Notes: generated from the letters alone by a model not told the origin. A stretch of DNA of 38,488 nt, filler included, from Heptranchias perlo (GCF_035084215.1; 2 parts of 2 records of this genome joined end to end with filler, not necessarily neighbours in it), one strand, 5' to 3'; numbered from the whole stretch's first letter, positions 1-10,737 are shown. Translations and numbers: made by a program.

Positions 1-462
1 CAGTACTGAGGGAGTGCTGCACTGTCGGCGGGGCAGTACTGAGGGAGTGATGCATTGTCGGAGAGGCAGTACTGAGGGAGTGATGCATTGTCGGAGAGGC
101 AGTACTGAGGGAGTGATGCATTGTCGGAGAGGCAGTACTGAGGGAGTGCTGCACTGTCGGCGGGGCAGTAGTGAGGGAGCGCTGCACTGTCGGAGAGGCA
201 GTACTGAGGGAGTGCTGCACTGTCGGAGAGGCAGTACTGAGGGAGTGCTGCATTGTCGGAGGGGCAGTACTGAGGGAGTGATGCATTGTCGGAGGGGCAG
301 TACTGAGGGAGTGATGCATTGTCGGAGAGGCAGTACTGAGGGAGTGATGCACTGTCGGAGGGGCAGTACTGAGGGAGTGATGCATTGTCGGAGGGGCAGT
401 ACTGAGGGAGTGATGCATTGTCGGAGGGGCAGTACTGAGGGAGTGCTGCACTGTCGGAGATG
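1..462 (+). repeat. 33-bp minisatellite (CAGTACTGAGGGAGTG(C/A)TGCA(C/T)TGTCGGAG(A/G)GG), about 14 copies, truncated by the window start
   Basis: Tandem unit is directly visible; the ORF 14..514 repeats an 11-aa unit (HCRRGSTEGVM). The last unit runs directly into SINE body sequence. Confidence 0.95.
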
Positions 463-740
463 CCGTCCTTCAGATGAGACGTTAAATCGAGGCCCCGTCT
501 TCCTGTTCAAATGAACATAAAAAGAACCAATTGCTCCCATTTCTCCCTCAATCCACACCAATAAAAACAGATGAACAAATCAATCATCTCATTGCCATTT
601 GCTGTGCAGAAAATGTCTGCCATGTTACTCCCAGATAGTGCCAATGACCAGGTCATCCCAAGTCATTTAATGGGTGTAAAGTGGTTCGGGACATTTCTCC
701 GAGACAGGATAAGGCTCTATATGGATACAAATCCTTTCCT
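430..740 (+). mobile_element. Deu-domain SINE (SacSINE1/AmnSINE-like), central and 3' part, decayed
   Basis: GTGCTGCACTGTCGGAGATGCCGTCCTTCAGATGAGACGTTAAATCGAGGCCCCGTCT..., then GCTGTGCAGAAAATGTCTGCC and an L2-like tail (GGCTCTATATGGATACAAATCCTTTC). Resembles the shark Deu-SINE as I recall it; related copies lie at about 8885-9035 and 9970-10075 on the minus strand. Confidence 0.7.
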
Positions 741-782
741 CCTGTCAGTCGATAGCTGCACCGGCTCTGTGAGGATACTCAC

Positions 783-1043
783 TCGAGGCACCGTGTTGCT
801 GTCGGTAAAATATCTCGGCGTTTCCTCTGACCAGACCATGGAACCCCGCCATTGTGATGGCGATGGCGTCCCAGTGATGGTTGTCGAAGGAGTCGGCCAT
901 CCACTGCTGTCTGGGCACAGTCCGCTGCAGGGTGCTGTCGAAATACACTATCTCATAGTCATCGAGCATCGCGACCAAGCTGTACTCGGGCATCTCGGCC
1001 CCGCCACGGCTCAGTATGTAGTAAAATGCGAGGATGTGGAAAT
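783..1043 (-). CDS. MHC class I-like heavy chain, alpha-1 domain exon (non-classical)
   Basis: Acceptor TTTCTGTCTGTGATCCTGCAG|AT at 1044/1043 and donor TCGA|GTGAGT at 783/782; 261 nt (87 codons), phase 1 at both ends, no stops. Translation (x)FHILAFYYILSRGGAEMPEYSLVAMLDDYEIVYFDSTLQRTVPRQQWMADSFDNHHWDAIAITMAGFHGLVRGNAEIFYRQQHGAS shows class I alpha-1 hallmarks: H3, PE(F/Y)xxV, D29-D30, FDS, PRxxW(M/I), W60. Confidence 0.92.
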
Positions 1044-1133
1044 CTGCAGGATCACAGACAGAAACCAGTCTCAAAAATGACGTTAATCATAAGTAACTCA
1101 AAGTGGAAACGGCTAATGCTCAGCCTGGTTAGA

Positions 1134-1948
1134 CCATAAGACCATAAGAGATAGCAGCAGGAGTAGGCCATTCAGCCCCTCGAGCCTGCTCCGCCATTCA
1201 ATGAGATCATGGCTGATCTGATTTTTACCTCAACTCCACTTTCACGCCCTTTCCCCATATCGTTTGACTCCCTTGCTGATCAAAAATTTGTCTAACTCAG
1301 CCTTGAATGTATTCAATGACTCCACAGCTTTTTGGGATAAAGAATTCCAAAGATTCACAACCCTCTGGGAGAAGAAATTCCTCCTCATTTCCGTCTTAAA
1401 CGGGCGACCCCTTATTCTGAGACTATGCCCCCTAGTTTTAGATTCCCCCATGAGGGGTAACGTCCTCTCAGCATCTACCCTATCGAGTCCCCTCAGAATC
1501 TTGTATTTTTCATAAGATCTCCTCTCATTCTTCAAAACTCCAATGAGTATAGACCCAACCTGTTCAATCTTTCCTCATAAGACAACCCTTCCATGCCCGG
1601 AATCAACCTCGTGAACCTTCTCTGAACTGCCTCCAATGCAAGTATGTCCTTCCTTAAATAAGGTCACCAGAACTGTACGCAGTGCTCCAGGTGTGGTCTC
1701 ACCAGCACCCTGTACAGTTGTAGCATGACTTCCCTGCTTTTATACTCCATCCCCCTGGAAATAAAGGCCAATACTCCGTTTGCCTTCCGGATTACCTGCT
1801 GCACCTGTATGTTGACTTTTTGTGTTTCATGTAGGAGGACACCCAGATCCCTCTGTACCGCAGCATTTTGTAGTATTTCTCCATTCAAATAATATTTTGC
1901 TTTTTTATTTTTCCTCCCAAAGTGGATGACTTCACATTTTCCCATATT
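1134..1948 (-). mobile_element. CR1 LINE, 5'-truncated 3' end (RT C-terminus and 3' UTR)
   Basis: Minus-strand ORFs contain KCEVIHFGRKN, RDLGV, LYRVLVRPHLEHCVQFW, TRGHSLRI, RRNFFSQRVVNLWNSL; short tandem tail (CCATAAGA)2 at 1134-1149. Confidence 0.93.
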
Positions 1949-2069
1949 AGGCCACAGTGAGGACGTTGCGTCCGATTTTGGATACCATGTGTTGAAGAGG
2001 ATGTCAAGCTCACGGAGAAGGTCGGGAAGAGATTTGCTCGGGCGATCCCAGGGAATCTGGTGGACAGCT

Positions 2070-2700
2070 ACAAAAATGGAATGGCGAATGGAACGTTGGC
2101 CTTTATCTCGGGGGCTGGAATACAAAGGGGAGGAAGTTATGTTCCAGCTGTTCGGAGCTCTGGTCAGACCACATCTGGAGATACTGTGTTCAGTTCTGGG
2201 AACCGCACCTCAGGAAGGATAGATTGGCCTTGGAGATTTAGCAGAATGATACTGGGGCTTAGAGGGTTAAATTATGAGGACAGGTTGCATCGACGAGGCT
2301 TGTATTCCCTTGAGTGTAGAAGATTAAGGGGTGATCCAATTGAGGTGTTGGAGATGATTAAAGGATTTGATAGGGGAGATAGAGAGAAACTATTTCCTCT
2401 GGTGGGGGGAGTCCGGAACAAGGGGGCGTAACCTTAAAATTAGAGCTCGGCCGTTCAGGGGTGATGTCAGGAAACTCTTCCACACACAAAGGGGAGTGGA
2501 AATCTGGAACTCTCTCCCCCAAAAAGCTGTTGAGGCTGGGGGTCAATTGAAAATTTCAAAACTGAGATTGATGGATTTCTGTCAGGTAAGGGTATTAAGG
2601 GATACGGAATCAAGGCTGGTAGATGGAGTTAAGATATGCATCAAGCCATGATGTAATTGAATGGCAGAACAGGCTCGAGGGGCTGAATGGCCTCCTCCTA
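2070..2700 (+). mobile_element. CR1 LINE 3' fragment (frameshifted)
   Basis: SRGLEYKGEEVMFQLFGALVRPHLE, GLNYEDRLHRRGLYSLECRRLRGD, TRGRNLKIRARPFRGDVRK; 3' UTR AGGCTCGAGGGGCTGAATGGCCTCCTCCT. Confidence 0.92.
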
Positions 2701-2768
2701 CACCGAGGTTCCGATGAGAGGCTTGAGTTATGAGAACAGACTGGGATTCTTTTCACTGGTACAGAGAT

Positions 2769-3430
2769 AAGAACATAAGAAACAGGAACAGGAGTAGGCC
2801 ATCCGGCCCCTCGAGCCTGCTCCACCATTCAACAAGATCATGGCTGATCTCCTACCTCAACGCCATTTTCCTGCACTATCCCCATATCCCTTGATGCCTT
2901 TAATATCTGGAAATCTATCGATCTCTGTTTTGAATGCACTCAATGACTGAGCCTCCACAGCCCTCTGGGGTAGAGAATTCCAAAGATTCACCACCCTCTG
3001 AGTGAAGAAATTTCTCCTCATCTCAGTCCTAAATGACCTACCCCTTATTCTGAGACTGTGACCCCTGGTCCTAGACGCCCCAGCCAAGGGAAACATCCTC
3101 CCTGCGTCTGCCCTGTCGAGCCCTGTAAGAATTTTGTATGTTTCAATGAGATCACCTCTCATTCTTCTAAACTCTAGAGAATACAGGCCGTGTCGACTCA
3201 ATCTCTCCTCATACGACAATCCCGCCATCCCAGGAATCAGTCTGGTGAACCTTCGTTGCACTCCCTCTACGGCAAGTATATCCTTTCTTGGGTAAGGAGA
3301 CCAAAACTGCACACAATACTCCAGGTGTGGTCTCACCAAGGCCCTGTATAATTGCAGTAAGACATCTTTACTCCTGCACTCAAATCCTCTTGTAATAAAG
3401 GCCGACATACCATTTGCCTTCCTAATTGCT
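2769..3430 (-). mobile_element. CR1 LINE 3' fragment with an open RT C-terminal frame (2857-3408)
   Basis: LYRALVRPHLEYCVQFWSPY, VQRRFTRLIPG, RMRGDLIETYKIL, TRGHSLRI; CR1 3' UTR at 2769-2850. Confidence 0.94.
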
Positions 3431-3609
3431 AATGGTCAAGGGGATCTGATAGAGGGGTCCAAACTATCAGGGGTTTGGTAAAATAAAGAGAATAAACACT
3501 TTCCGTTGGTCAGTAAGTCGGAAACTAGAGGGCATAAATTTAAGGTCAAGAGCAAAGGGAGAGATTAGAGGGAATTTTGTTAATGGAGAGGGATGTTCGG
3601 AGACGGAGG

Positions 3610-3775
3610 CTGGGATTTCCTGCTTCAATGCTCCAAGCGGACACCACTAGCCCACGTTGGAAAATTCCTCAGCCGTGATTCTCCCACCATTCATTTTACT
3701 AGCTAGAAGCTCAGAGCTTGGTGAAGTGGCAGCTTCCGTTAGGAGCTCCCAGGAGTTCTGGAGCAGGAAATCATT
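3610..3775. mobile_element. Small MITE-like non-autonomous element with imperfect terminal inverted repeats
   Basis: GATTTCCTGCTTCAATGCTCC (3614-3634) vs GGAGTTCTGGAGCAGGAAATC (3752-3772): 17 of 21 positions complementary. It interrupts the old CR1 fragment. Confidence 0.5.
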
Positions 3776-4974
3776 GGTCAGACTGCCCGACCAGTGGGGG
3801 GAACAGGTCCCACAATAGCTGCTCAAAGGAAAGTGGATAAATATTTTTTTTAATTTTTCTTTTTAAAAGAGTCTGGGCAAAGGTCAGAAGAAAGTGGGTA
3901 GCGCTTTCAGAGAGCCAGCATAGCATGATGGGCCAAATGGCCTTCTTCTGTGCTGTACAATGTTATGTTCCTACGATTCCTACTGTTAACAAGATGGCTC
4001 CTGGGCTGGCTGCTCCCTCGGGAGCTCCTTTGCTGGACAATCCTATCCTTGGTCATCCATTGCCATCCTTTGCCCTTTCTCCCCCAATCTCCTCTCTTCC
4101 ACTGGTTAAGTTCCCTGGCTCTAATAGTGGGTGCATTTTACCCCTACCCACAAGTTCAAGCTGCAAGTTTAAACTTACCTGGGCCCACTGCCCATTCCCC
4201 GACCGGGCCTGCTCTTTGTTTACATCAGAGAAAACTGGATCTTTGCTCAAATTTGGCTTCTAAATTCCTCGACTTCTCAACACTACGCTACTGCACTGGA
4301 AGACTCAGCTGCTTAAGAGTTAAGGTAACTTTGTCCAGCCCACAGCCCATCCCCCAGCTATTACCTGCTGAGTTTATGACTGTACTACTGGTTTATCAGC
4401 TTTATTTTTCTACAGTCTGGTTCCTGGCCAGAAATTCACTCCCCTTGGCCGAAGTCCATTCCTCCGCTGCTTCTAGATCTTACAGTGACCTCCATCTTCA
4501 CCATCGTTCTTCTGCTCTGCGATCGATTCTCCAAACCTCCTGACTCTTCATCCCCACGGAAATCCCCCCCAGCAGTGCGTCCTCCGATAATCTACCCTTC
4601 AAATAGCTTCTGGACTCACTCACCCTCCACACCCTGTCACCGAACCTGGACATCAGTTGGTTGATGCTCCAAGCTGACTCCACCCTATCTACATCAACTT
4701 TATCCCACCACAGGACCTCTGACTTTAACTGTGGACTCCCTCCTATTGTCTCCTCTCTGTTCCCCGTTTAGTAACAGGTCACATGGTTCGCCCTATTTAT
4801 ACCCTGCCCGATTTTACGCTCCATTGAAGCTGAACCAAATCCATCCCATTCCCTCTGGACAGGTTAGGTTAAAATCGAGGCTTTAGCATGAGGAAGATAT
4901 CATCCTGACGTCTGTCCCAAGTCGCCTTTTACTAGTTTGAACCTAAGTCGTACTCCCACAATTTAGTGTGAAGT

Positions 4975-7900
4975 ATTGTAAAAAAAAAACAGATGAGGTC
5001 CTGCAAGCAGAATATTGGGAGATAGGAAATAAATTAAAAAGCAGGACCTCTAAAGTAGTAATCTCAGGATTACTCCCAGTGCCACATGCCAGCGAGAGCA
5101 GAAATAGGAGAATAGACCAGATGAATGCGTGGCTTGAGAGATGGTGTAGGAGGGAGGGGTTTAAATTCCTGAGGCATTGAGACCGATTCTGGGAAAGGCG
5201 GGACCTGTACAAGATGAAAGGATTGCACCCAAGCAGAACCGGGACCAGTATCCTCGTGGGGACATTTGCTAGTTGTGTTGGGGAGGGTTTAAACTAGTAT
5301 GGTGGGGGATGGGAACCAAAGGGCAGGTACAGATAGGACAAATTCAGACCAGGAAACGCAAAGTAGAAAAGCAGTTAGTGACGTAGTTAGCGACTCAGAA
5401 ATGCAAAAAAGCAAAGGTTAAATAGTGTTCAGCGCAGGAATTTGACGGGGTTAAAGGGTATATACTTCAATTCAAGGAGTATTACAAACAAAGCAGATGA
5501 GCTAAGGGCACAGATAGACACGTGGCAGCATGATATCATTGCTATAATGGAAACCTGGCTTAAAGAGGGGGATAACTGGCAGCTCAATATCCCTGGATAT
5601 AGAGTGTTCAAGCAGGATAGAGTGGGTGATATAAAAGGAGGGGGGTAGCATTATTGGTTAAATAATCAATTAGAGTTGTGAGAAGGGATGATGTGCTAAA
5701 TGGATCATCAATCGAGGCCGTATGGGTTGAGCTAAGGAATAAAAAAGGGGCAGTCACACTACTAGGAGTGTACTCTAGACCCCCGAATAGCGAAAGGGAG
5801 ATAGAAGAACAAATATGTAGGCAAATTTCTGAGTGCAAAAATAAGAGGGCAATAATAGTAGGGGACTTCAACCACCCTAACATCAACTGGGATTCAAACA
5901 GTGTGAGGGGCACAGAGGGCGCAAAATTCTTGATTGGTGTCCAGGAGAACTTTTTTAGCCAGTACGTGACAAGCCCAACAAGAGGGGATGCAATTCTAGA
6001 TTTAGTCCTGGGAAATGAAGATGGGCAAGTGGGTGAAGTGACAGTGGGTGACCATAATGGGGATAGTGACCACAATTCAGTTAGTTTTAGCATTATTATG
6101 GAAAGGGACAGTGTTAAATCAGGAGTAAATGTTTTAAATTGGGGGAAGGCAAATTTTACAGAACTTAGAGGTGATTTGGCAGAAGTGGACTGGACACAAC
6201 TCCTTGAGGAGAAATCAGTGGCAAGCCAGTGGGAGGCACTAAAAAGTGAAATTCTACGGGTACAATGCAGACACGTCCCCTCAAAGAAAAAGGGTGGCAC
6301 TGCCAAATTTAGAGCCCCCTGGTTGTCTAGAAGTATACGGGGCAAGATAAAGCAGAAAAAGAAAGCTTATGACTGTCACAGAAAACTAAATACTGCAGAA
6401 AGCCTGGAGGAGTATAGAAAGTACAGGGATGACGTAAAAAAGGAAATAAGGAAAGCAAAGAGCAGGCATGAAGAAATATTAACGAGTAAGATTAAAGAAA
6501 ACCCAAAGATGTTTTATCAGTACATTAAGAACAAGAGGATAGCTGAGGAAAAGGTGGGACCTATCAGGGACGATAAGGGTAACTTGTGTGCAGAAGCAGA
6601 GGATGTGGGTAGGGTTTTAAATGAATATTTTGTCTTCGTATTCATAAGGGAAAGGGATGATCTGGACGTAGTCGTTAAAGAGGAGAGGTGTGAAATATTG
6701 GATAAAATAAACATAACGAGAGAGGAAGTACTAGAGGGACTGGAATCCTTGAAATTTGATAAGTCACCAGGGCTGGATGGATTGTTTCCCAGGCTATTGA
6801 AGGAAGCCAGTGAGGAAATAGCGGATGCTCTGAGGATCATTTTCCAATCCTCACCAGATACAGGGGAGGTACCGGAGGACTGGAAGACTGCAAACATAAT
6901 ACCGTTGTTTAAAAAGGGTACGAGGGAAAGGCCGAACAATTATAGGCCGGTCAGTCTTACCTCGGTGGTGGGCAAACTATTAGAATCAATACTGAGAGAT
7001 AGGATAAACTGTCACTTGGAAAGGCATGGTTTAATCAGGGATAGTCAGCATGGATTTGTTCAGGGAAGGTCATGCCTTACAAATCTGATTAAACTCTTTG
7101 AGGAAGTGACAAGGAGGATTGATGAGAGTGATGTCCACATGGATTTTAGTAAGGCATTTGACAAGGTCCCACATGGCAGACTGGTCAGAAAGGTAAAAGC
7201 CCATGGGATACAGGGAAATGTGGTGAATTGGATCCAAAATTGGCTCAGTAACAGGAAACAAATGGTAAAAGTCGATGGATGTCTTTGAGAATGGAAATCC
7301 GTTTCCAGTGGTGTGCCACAAGGCTCAGTGTTGGGTCCCTTGCTGTTTGTGGTATATATTAATGATTTGGACTTGAATGTAGGGGGCATGATTGGCAAAT
7401 TTATAGACGACAAAAATTGGCCGTGCAGTTGATAGTGAAGAGGATAGCTGCAGACTCCAAGAAGATATCAATGGGTTGGTGGAGTGGGCGGAAAAGTGGC
7501 AAATGGAGTTCAACCTGGAGAAGCGTGAGGTAATGCACTTAGGGAGGGCAAACAGTAAAAGGGAATACGCAGTAAACGGGAATATATTGAGAGAGGTAGA
7601 GGAAGTGAGAGACCTTGGAGTGCATGTGCACAGGTCCCTGAAGGTGGCAGTACAGGTCGATAAGGTTGTGAAGAAGGCATACGGAATGCTCTCCGTTATT
7701 AGCAGAGGCATAGAATAATAAATCAGGGATGTAATGATGGAACTGTATAAAATGCTGGTCAGGCCACAGCTGGAGTATTGTGCGCAGTTCTGGTCACCAC
7801 ATTACAGGAAGGACGTAATTGCTCTGGAGAGAGTGCAGAGAAGATTTACAAGAATGTTGCCAGGGCTTGAAAATTGCAGCTCGGAGGAGAGATTGGATAG

Positions 7901-8325
7901 GCTGGGGTTGTTTTCCTTGGAGCAGAGGAGGCTGAGGGGAGACTTGATTGAGGTGTACAAAATTATGAGGGGCCCAGATAGAGTAGACAGGAAATACCTG
8001 TTTCCCCTAGTGGAGAGTTCAAGAACTAGAGGACATAGCTTTAAGCTGATTGGCGGAAGGATTAGAGGGGACATGAGGAAAAACTCTTTTACCCAGAGGG
8101 CGGTGGGTGTATGGAATTCGCTGCCCGAATTGGTGGTAGAGGCAGGGACCCTCAACTCTGTTAAAAAGTACCTGGACCTGCATCTAAAGTGCTGTAAGCT
8201 GCAGGGCTACGGACCGGGTGCTGGAAGGTGGGACTAGAATGGGCACCTGGTTGTTCTTCGAGCCGGCACGGACACGATGGGCCGAATAGCCCCCTTCTGT
8301 GCTGTATCTTTTCTATGGTTCCATG
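4975..8325 (+). mobile_element. CR1 LINE, long copy: ORF1 esterase C-terminus plus disrupted ORF2 (APE endonuclease and RT)
   Basis: ORF1 end: LKSRTSKVVISGLLPVP...MNAWLERWCRREGFKFL. ORF2: YFNSRSI, ETWL, GVYSRPPN, GDFNHP, PTRGDAILDLVL, SDHNS, NYRPVSLTSVVGK, QHGF, DFSKAFDKVPH, GVPQGSVLGP. Premature stops near 5663, 7288 and 7718 and a frameshift near 7400 in the catalytic (F/Y)ADD region. 3' UTR ends near 8325. Confidence 0.96.
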
Positions 8326-8884
8326 CCGTTAAAACCGGAAGTGGTCGGTTTGAAGGCGGGTTTTAGATTTTTACAATTTTTACCTTCCCACCTGCACCCA
8401 AACCCACCCGTTCATGGGGTTAAAATCGACCCCTTAGAGTTCACCTTGGCCTTGACGTGCTCAGAGACTACAATAAACAGGCAGTGTTTGCCCAGAAATA
8501 AATGTCAGTCATGGACACGGATTAACCAGGAGAGAAGCTGCTGTAACAGTAACTTAATCTCTTGCGCTTTTCAACACCACTCGAGTCTGAAGCTACTTAT
8601 TGGTGCTTGTGTGCAGCAGGTCTGATAACCAGATCCAGTTAGAATGGAGGGACTTGTTCTGATCACTGGGTCCCAGGGAGTGGAGTCTGAGCCTGCATCT
8701 TACAGCAGGGGTTCACACTGAGGCCCAGCCCAGTATTAACACCAAACCATTGCATCTGGTTACACCCCCTGTATTTCAATGGTCTATTCCAGACTCCCAC
8801 TTTCACCCCTCCCATTCTCTTCCCAATGCACCGACTCTCACTGGCAATGGGACCACAAAGAAAAGAGAGACTCACATTCCTATT

Positions 8885-9035
8885 GTGATTTCACCACCTC
8901 AGGACCTCCCAAAGAGTTTTACAGACAGTGAAGTATTAGTGAAGTGTAGTCACTGTTTTAATGTAGGAAACACGGCAGCCAATTTGCGCACAGCAAGATC
9001 CCACCAATAGCAACGAGTTAATGGCCAGATAATCT
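8885..9035 (-). mobile_element. Deu-domain SINE 3' fragment
   Basis: ACCTCAGGACCTCCCAAAGAGTTTTACAG...GAAGTGTAGTCACTGTTTTAATGTAGGAAACACGGCAGCCAATTTGCGCACAGCAAGATCCCAC, the reverse complement of the Deu-SINE 3' region. Confidence 0.75.
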
Positions 9036-9478
9036 CCCGACTCGCTCTCCCTCCCCGTCCCCTCCTCCTCCTCTCCCTCCCACCATCCCTCTCTCCCTGT
9101 CCCACCCTCTCACTCCCATCTCCCTCTCCCTCCCCCTCCTCATCTCCCTTCTTGTCCTCTTCCACTCCCCATCTCCTTTCCCTTCCTCTCCCTCTCTTCA
9201 TCCAATTCCCCCCTCCCTCCTCATATCCCCTCCTTCCCCCTCTCCCTGCACAATTCTACCCAATCCTCCACCTCTCTTTCTCCTTCTCCATCCCCGTCCC
9301 CTCTCCCTCCCCATCCCTTTCCCTCCCATCTCCCTACCCCTCACTATCTCCCACTCCCATCTCCTCCCCCTCCCTCTCTCCATCTCCCTCCCCCTCTCCT
9401 TCTCCCTCCCGCTCTCCCACATCGTATCCCTCTGCCTCCCCCATGCTCTCCCCCTTCCCCTTTCCCCCTCCCCCTCAG
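9036..9478. repeat. Polypyrimidine (C/T-rich) low-complexity tract
   Basis: About 440 nt, almost entirely C/T on the plus strand. Confidence 0.9.
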
Positions 9479-9969
9479 TTTGAGCATGACGTCCACTGAC
9501 TGGATTTGGTGACATTGTTCAATGCTCTGTTATCCTCATGGATTGCTGTTCTGAGGAGCCTCATGTTAAGCGCGACTCGAAGACGGTGCATTGAAAATTA
9601 ACATAAAAATCTGTCTGTGAATTTGCTTCGATGCCAATTTATTCTAATTCACCCAGATCAACATCACTGTGAGTATTTTTGCCTCGAGCACCAGTTGATT
9701 ATTGAAGAGTCAGCAGCTCATTCTCCCCACAATCGGACACACAGAGTTCACTTTGGCCTTGACCCGCTCAGAGACTATAATAAACGGGCAGTGTTTGCTC
9801 AGAAATAAAAGTCAGTCGTGGGCCTGAGCAACACATCGGACATCGGACAGTCCAAAGTCCATTGTGTTGCTGTGAGGTGAAGGTGGGAACGGGGGGGCAG
9901 GCTTCGAATCTGCTTCGATTTCAGTGTCACCCTGCTGAAGCAGCACAAGAAGGTTCGGAAAGAACAAAA

Positions 9970-10075
9970 GATCTTTTTATACATCACCTTTCACAACCTC
10001 AGGATGTCCCAAAGCGCTTCACAGAAAGTGAAGTAATGTGAAAGTGTCATCACTGTTGTAATGTCGGAAACGCCA
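9970..10075 (-). mobile_element. Deu-domain SINE 3' fragment
   Basis: CACCTTTCACAACCTCAGGATGTCCCAAAGCGCTTCACAG...CACTGTTGTAATGTCGGAAACG; homologous to 8885-8975. Confidence 0.7.
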
Positions 10076-10094
10076 TTCATTATGAGAAGTACTT

Positions 10095-10543
10095 TCATAC
10101 CGGGGGCTGAAAGGGTTGAATTATGAGGACAGGTTGCACAGACTAGGCTTGTATTCCCTTGAGTGCAGAAGATTAACGGGTGCTGTAATTAAGATCATTG
10201 AAGGATTTGATATTGTAGATAGAGAGAAACTATTTCCTCCGGTGGGAGAATCCAGAACAAGGGGGCGTCACCTTAAAATTAGAGCCAGGCCGTTCAGGGG
10301 TGATGTCAGGAAGCGTTTCTTCACACAAAGGGGAGTGGAAACCTGTAACTCTCTCCCCCAAAAAACTGTTGAGGCTGGGGGTCAATTGAAAATTTCACAA
10401 CTGAGATTGATCGATTTTTGTTCGGCAAGGTTATTAAGGGATATGGCACCAAGGATGGAGTTGAGATGCAGATTGGCCATGATCTAATTGAATGGCGGAA
10501 CAGGATCGAGGGGCTGAATGGCCTCCTCCTGTTCCTATGTTCC
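10095..10543 (+). mobile_element. CR1 LINE 3' fragment (same subfamily as 2070-2700)
   Basis: NYEDRLHRLGLYSLECRRL, TRGRHLKIRARPFRGDVRKRFFTQRGVE; 3' UTR GGGGCTGAATGGCCTCCTCCTGTTCCTATGTT. Confidence 0.92.
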
Positions 10544-10737
10544 AATGTGATGTTTTGACTGTGTACAGCAACTTACAATAAAACAGTGTACAGGGAGACA
10601 CCTCAGAGCACAGAGCAGGAGGAAGGAGACCAAAGAGAGGATTTAAGGGGAGCCAGAATCACGGACAGAAGGGGATTCAGGAACTGTGTGGAGACAGGAA
10701 GGAAGAAGACAGGAATCCTGAGGGAGACTGCTGGAGA

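Larger units (their letters stand above)
1950..3980 (+). mobile_element. Old, heavily decayed CR1 3' end split into pieces (about 1950-2055, 2713-2770, 3432-3607, 3782-3980) by younger insertions
   Basis: The pieces are collinear with the CR1 C-terminus: ...ATCCCAGGGA / TGAGAGGCTTGAGTTATGAGAACAGACTG...TTTTCACTGG / GGGGATCTGATAGAGG...GAAACTAGAGGGCATAAATTTAAGG / ...GATGGGCCAAATGGCCTTCTTCTGTGCTGTA (3' UTR). Confidence 0.7.

Noticed and set aside
14-514. 166-aa ORF with HCRRGSTEGVM repeats, superficially zinc-finger-like
   Set aside because: Translation of a 33-bp SINE-derived minisatellite.
571-1080. 169-aa plus-strand ORF
   Set aside because: Antisense shadow of the MHC alpha-1 exon plus SINE sequence; the minus frame has the domain motifs and splice sites.
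8950-9515. Pro/Ser-rich and Arg/Gly/Glu-rich ORFs
   Set aside because: Artefacts of the polypyrimidine tract.
9665-9671. V(D)J recombination signal heptamers (CACTGTG here; CACAGTG near 1953)
   Set aside because: No nonamer at 12 or 23 nt spacing and no V, D or J segments nearby.
9799-9987. MMYKKIFCSFRTFLCCFSR as a possible leader
   Set aside because: Starts inside a SINE tail, has charged residues in the core, and has no phase-1 consensus donor.
10571-10650. Alternative leader-like stretch on the minus strand (ILSLVSFLLLCALRCLPVHCFI or PALCSEVSP) before a GTAAGT donor
   Set aside because: No in-frame ATG, in-frame stops lie just upstream, and the most hydrophobic frame is phase 0, which does not fit the alpha-1 acceptor. 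A non-coding exon is not excluded.
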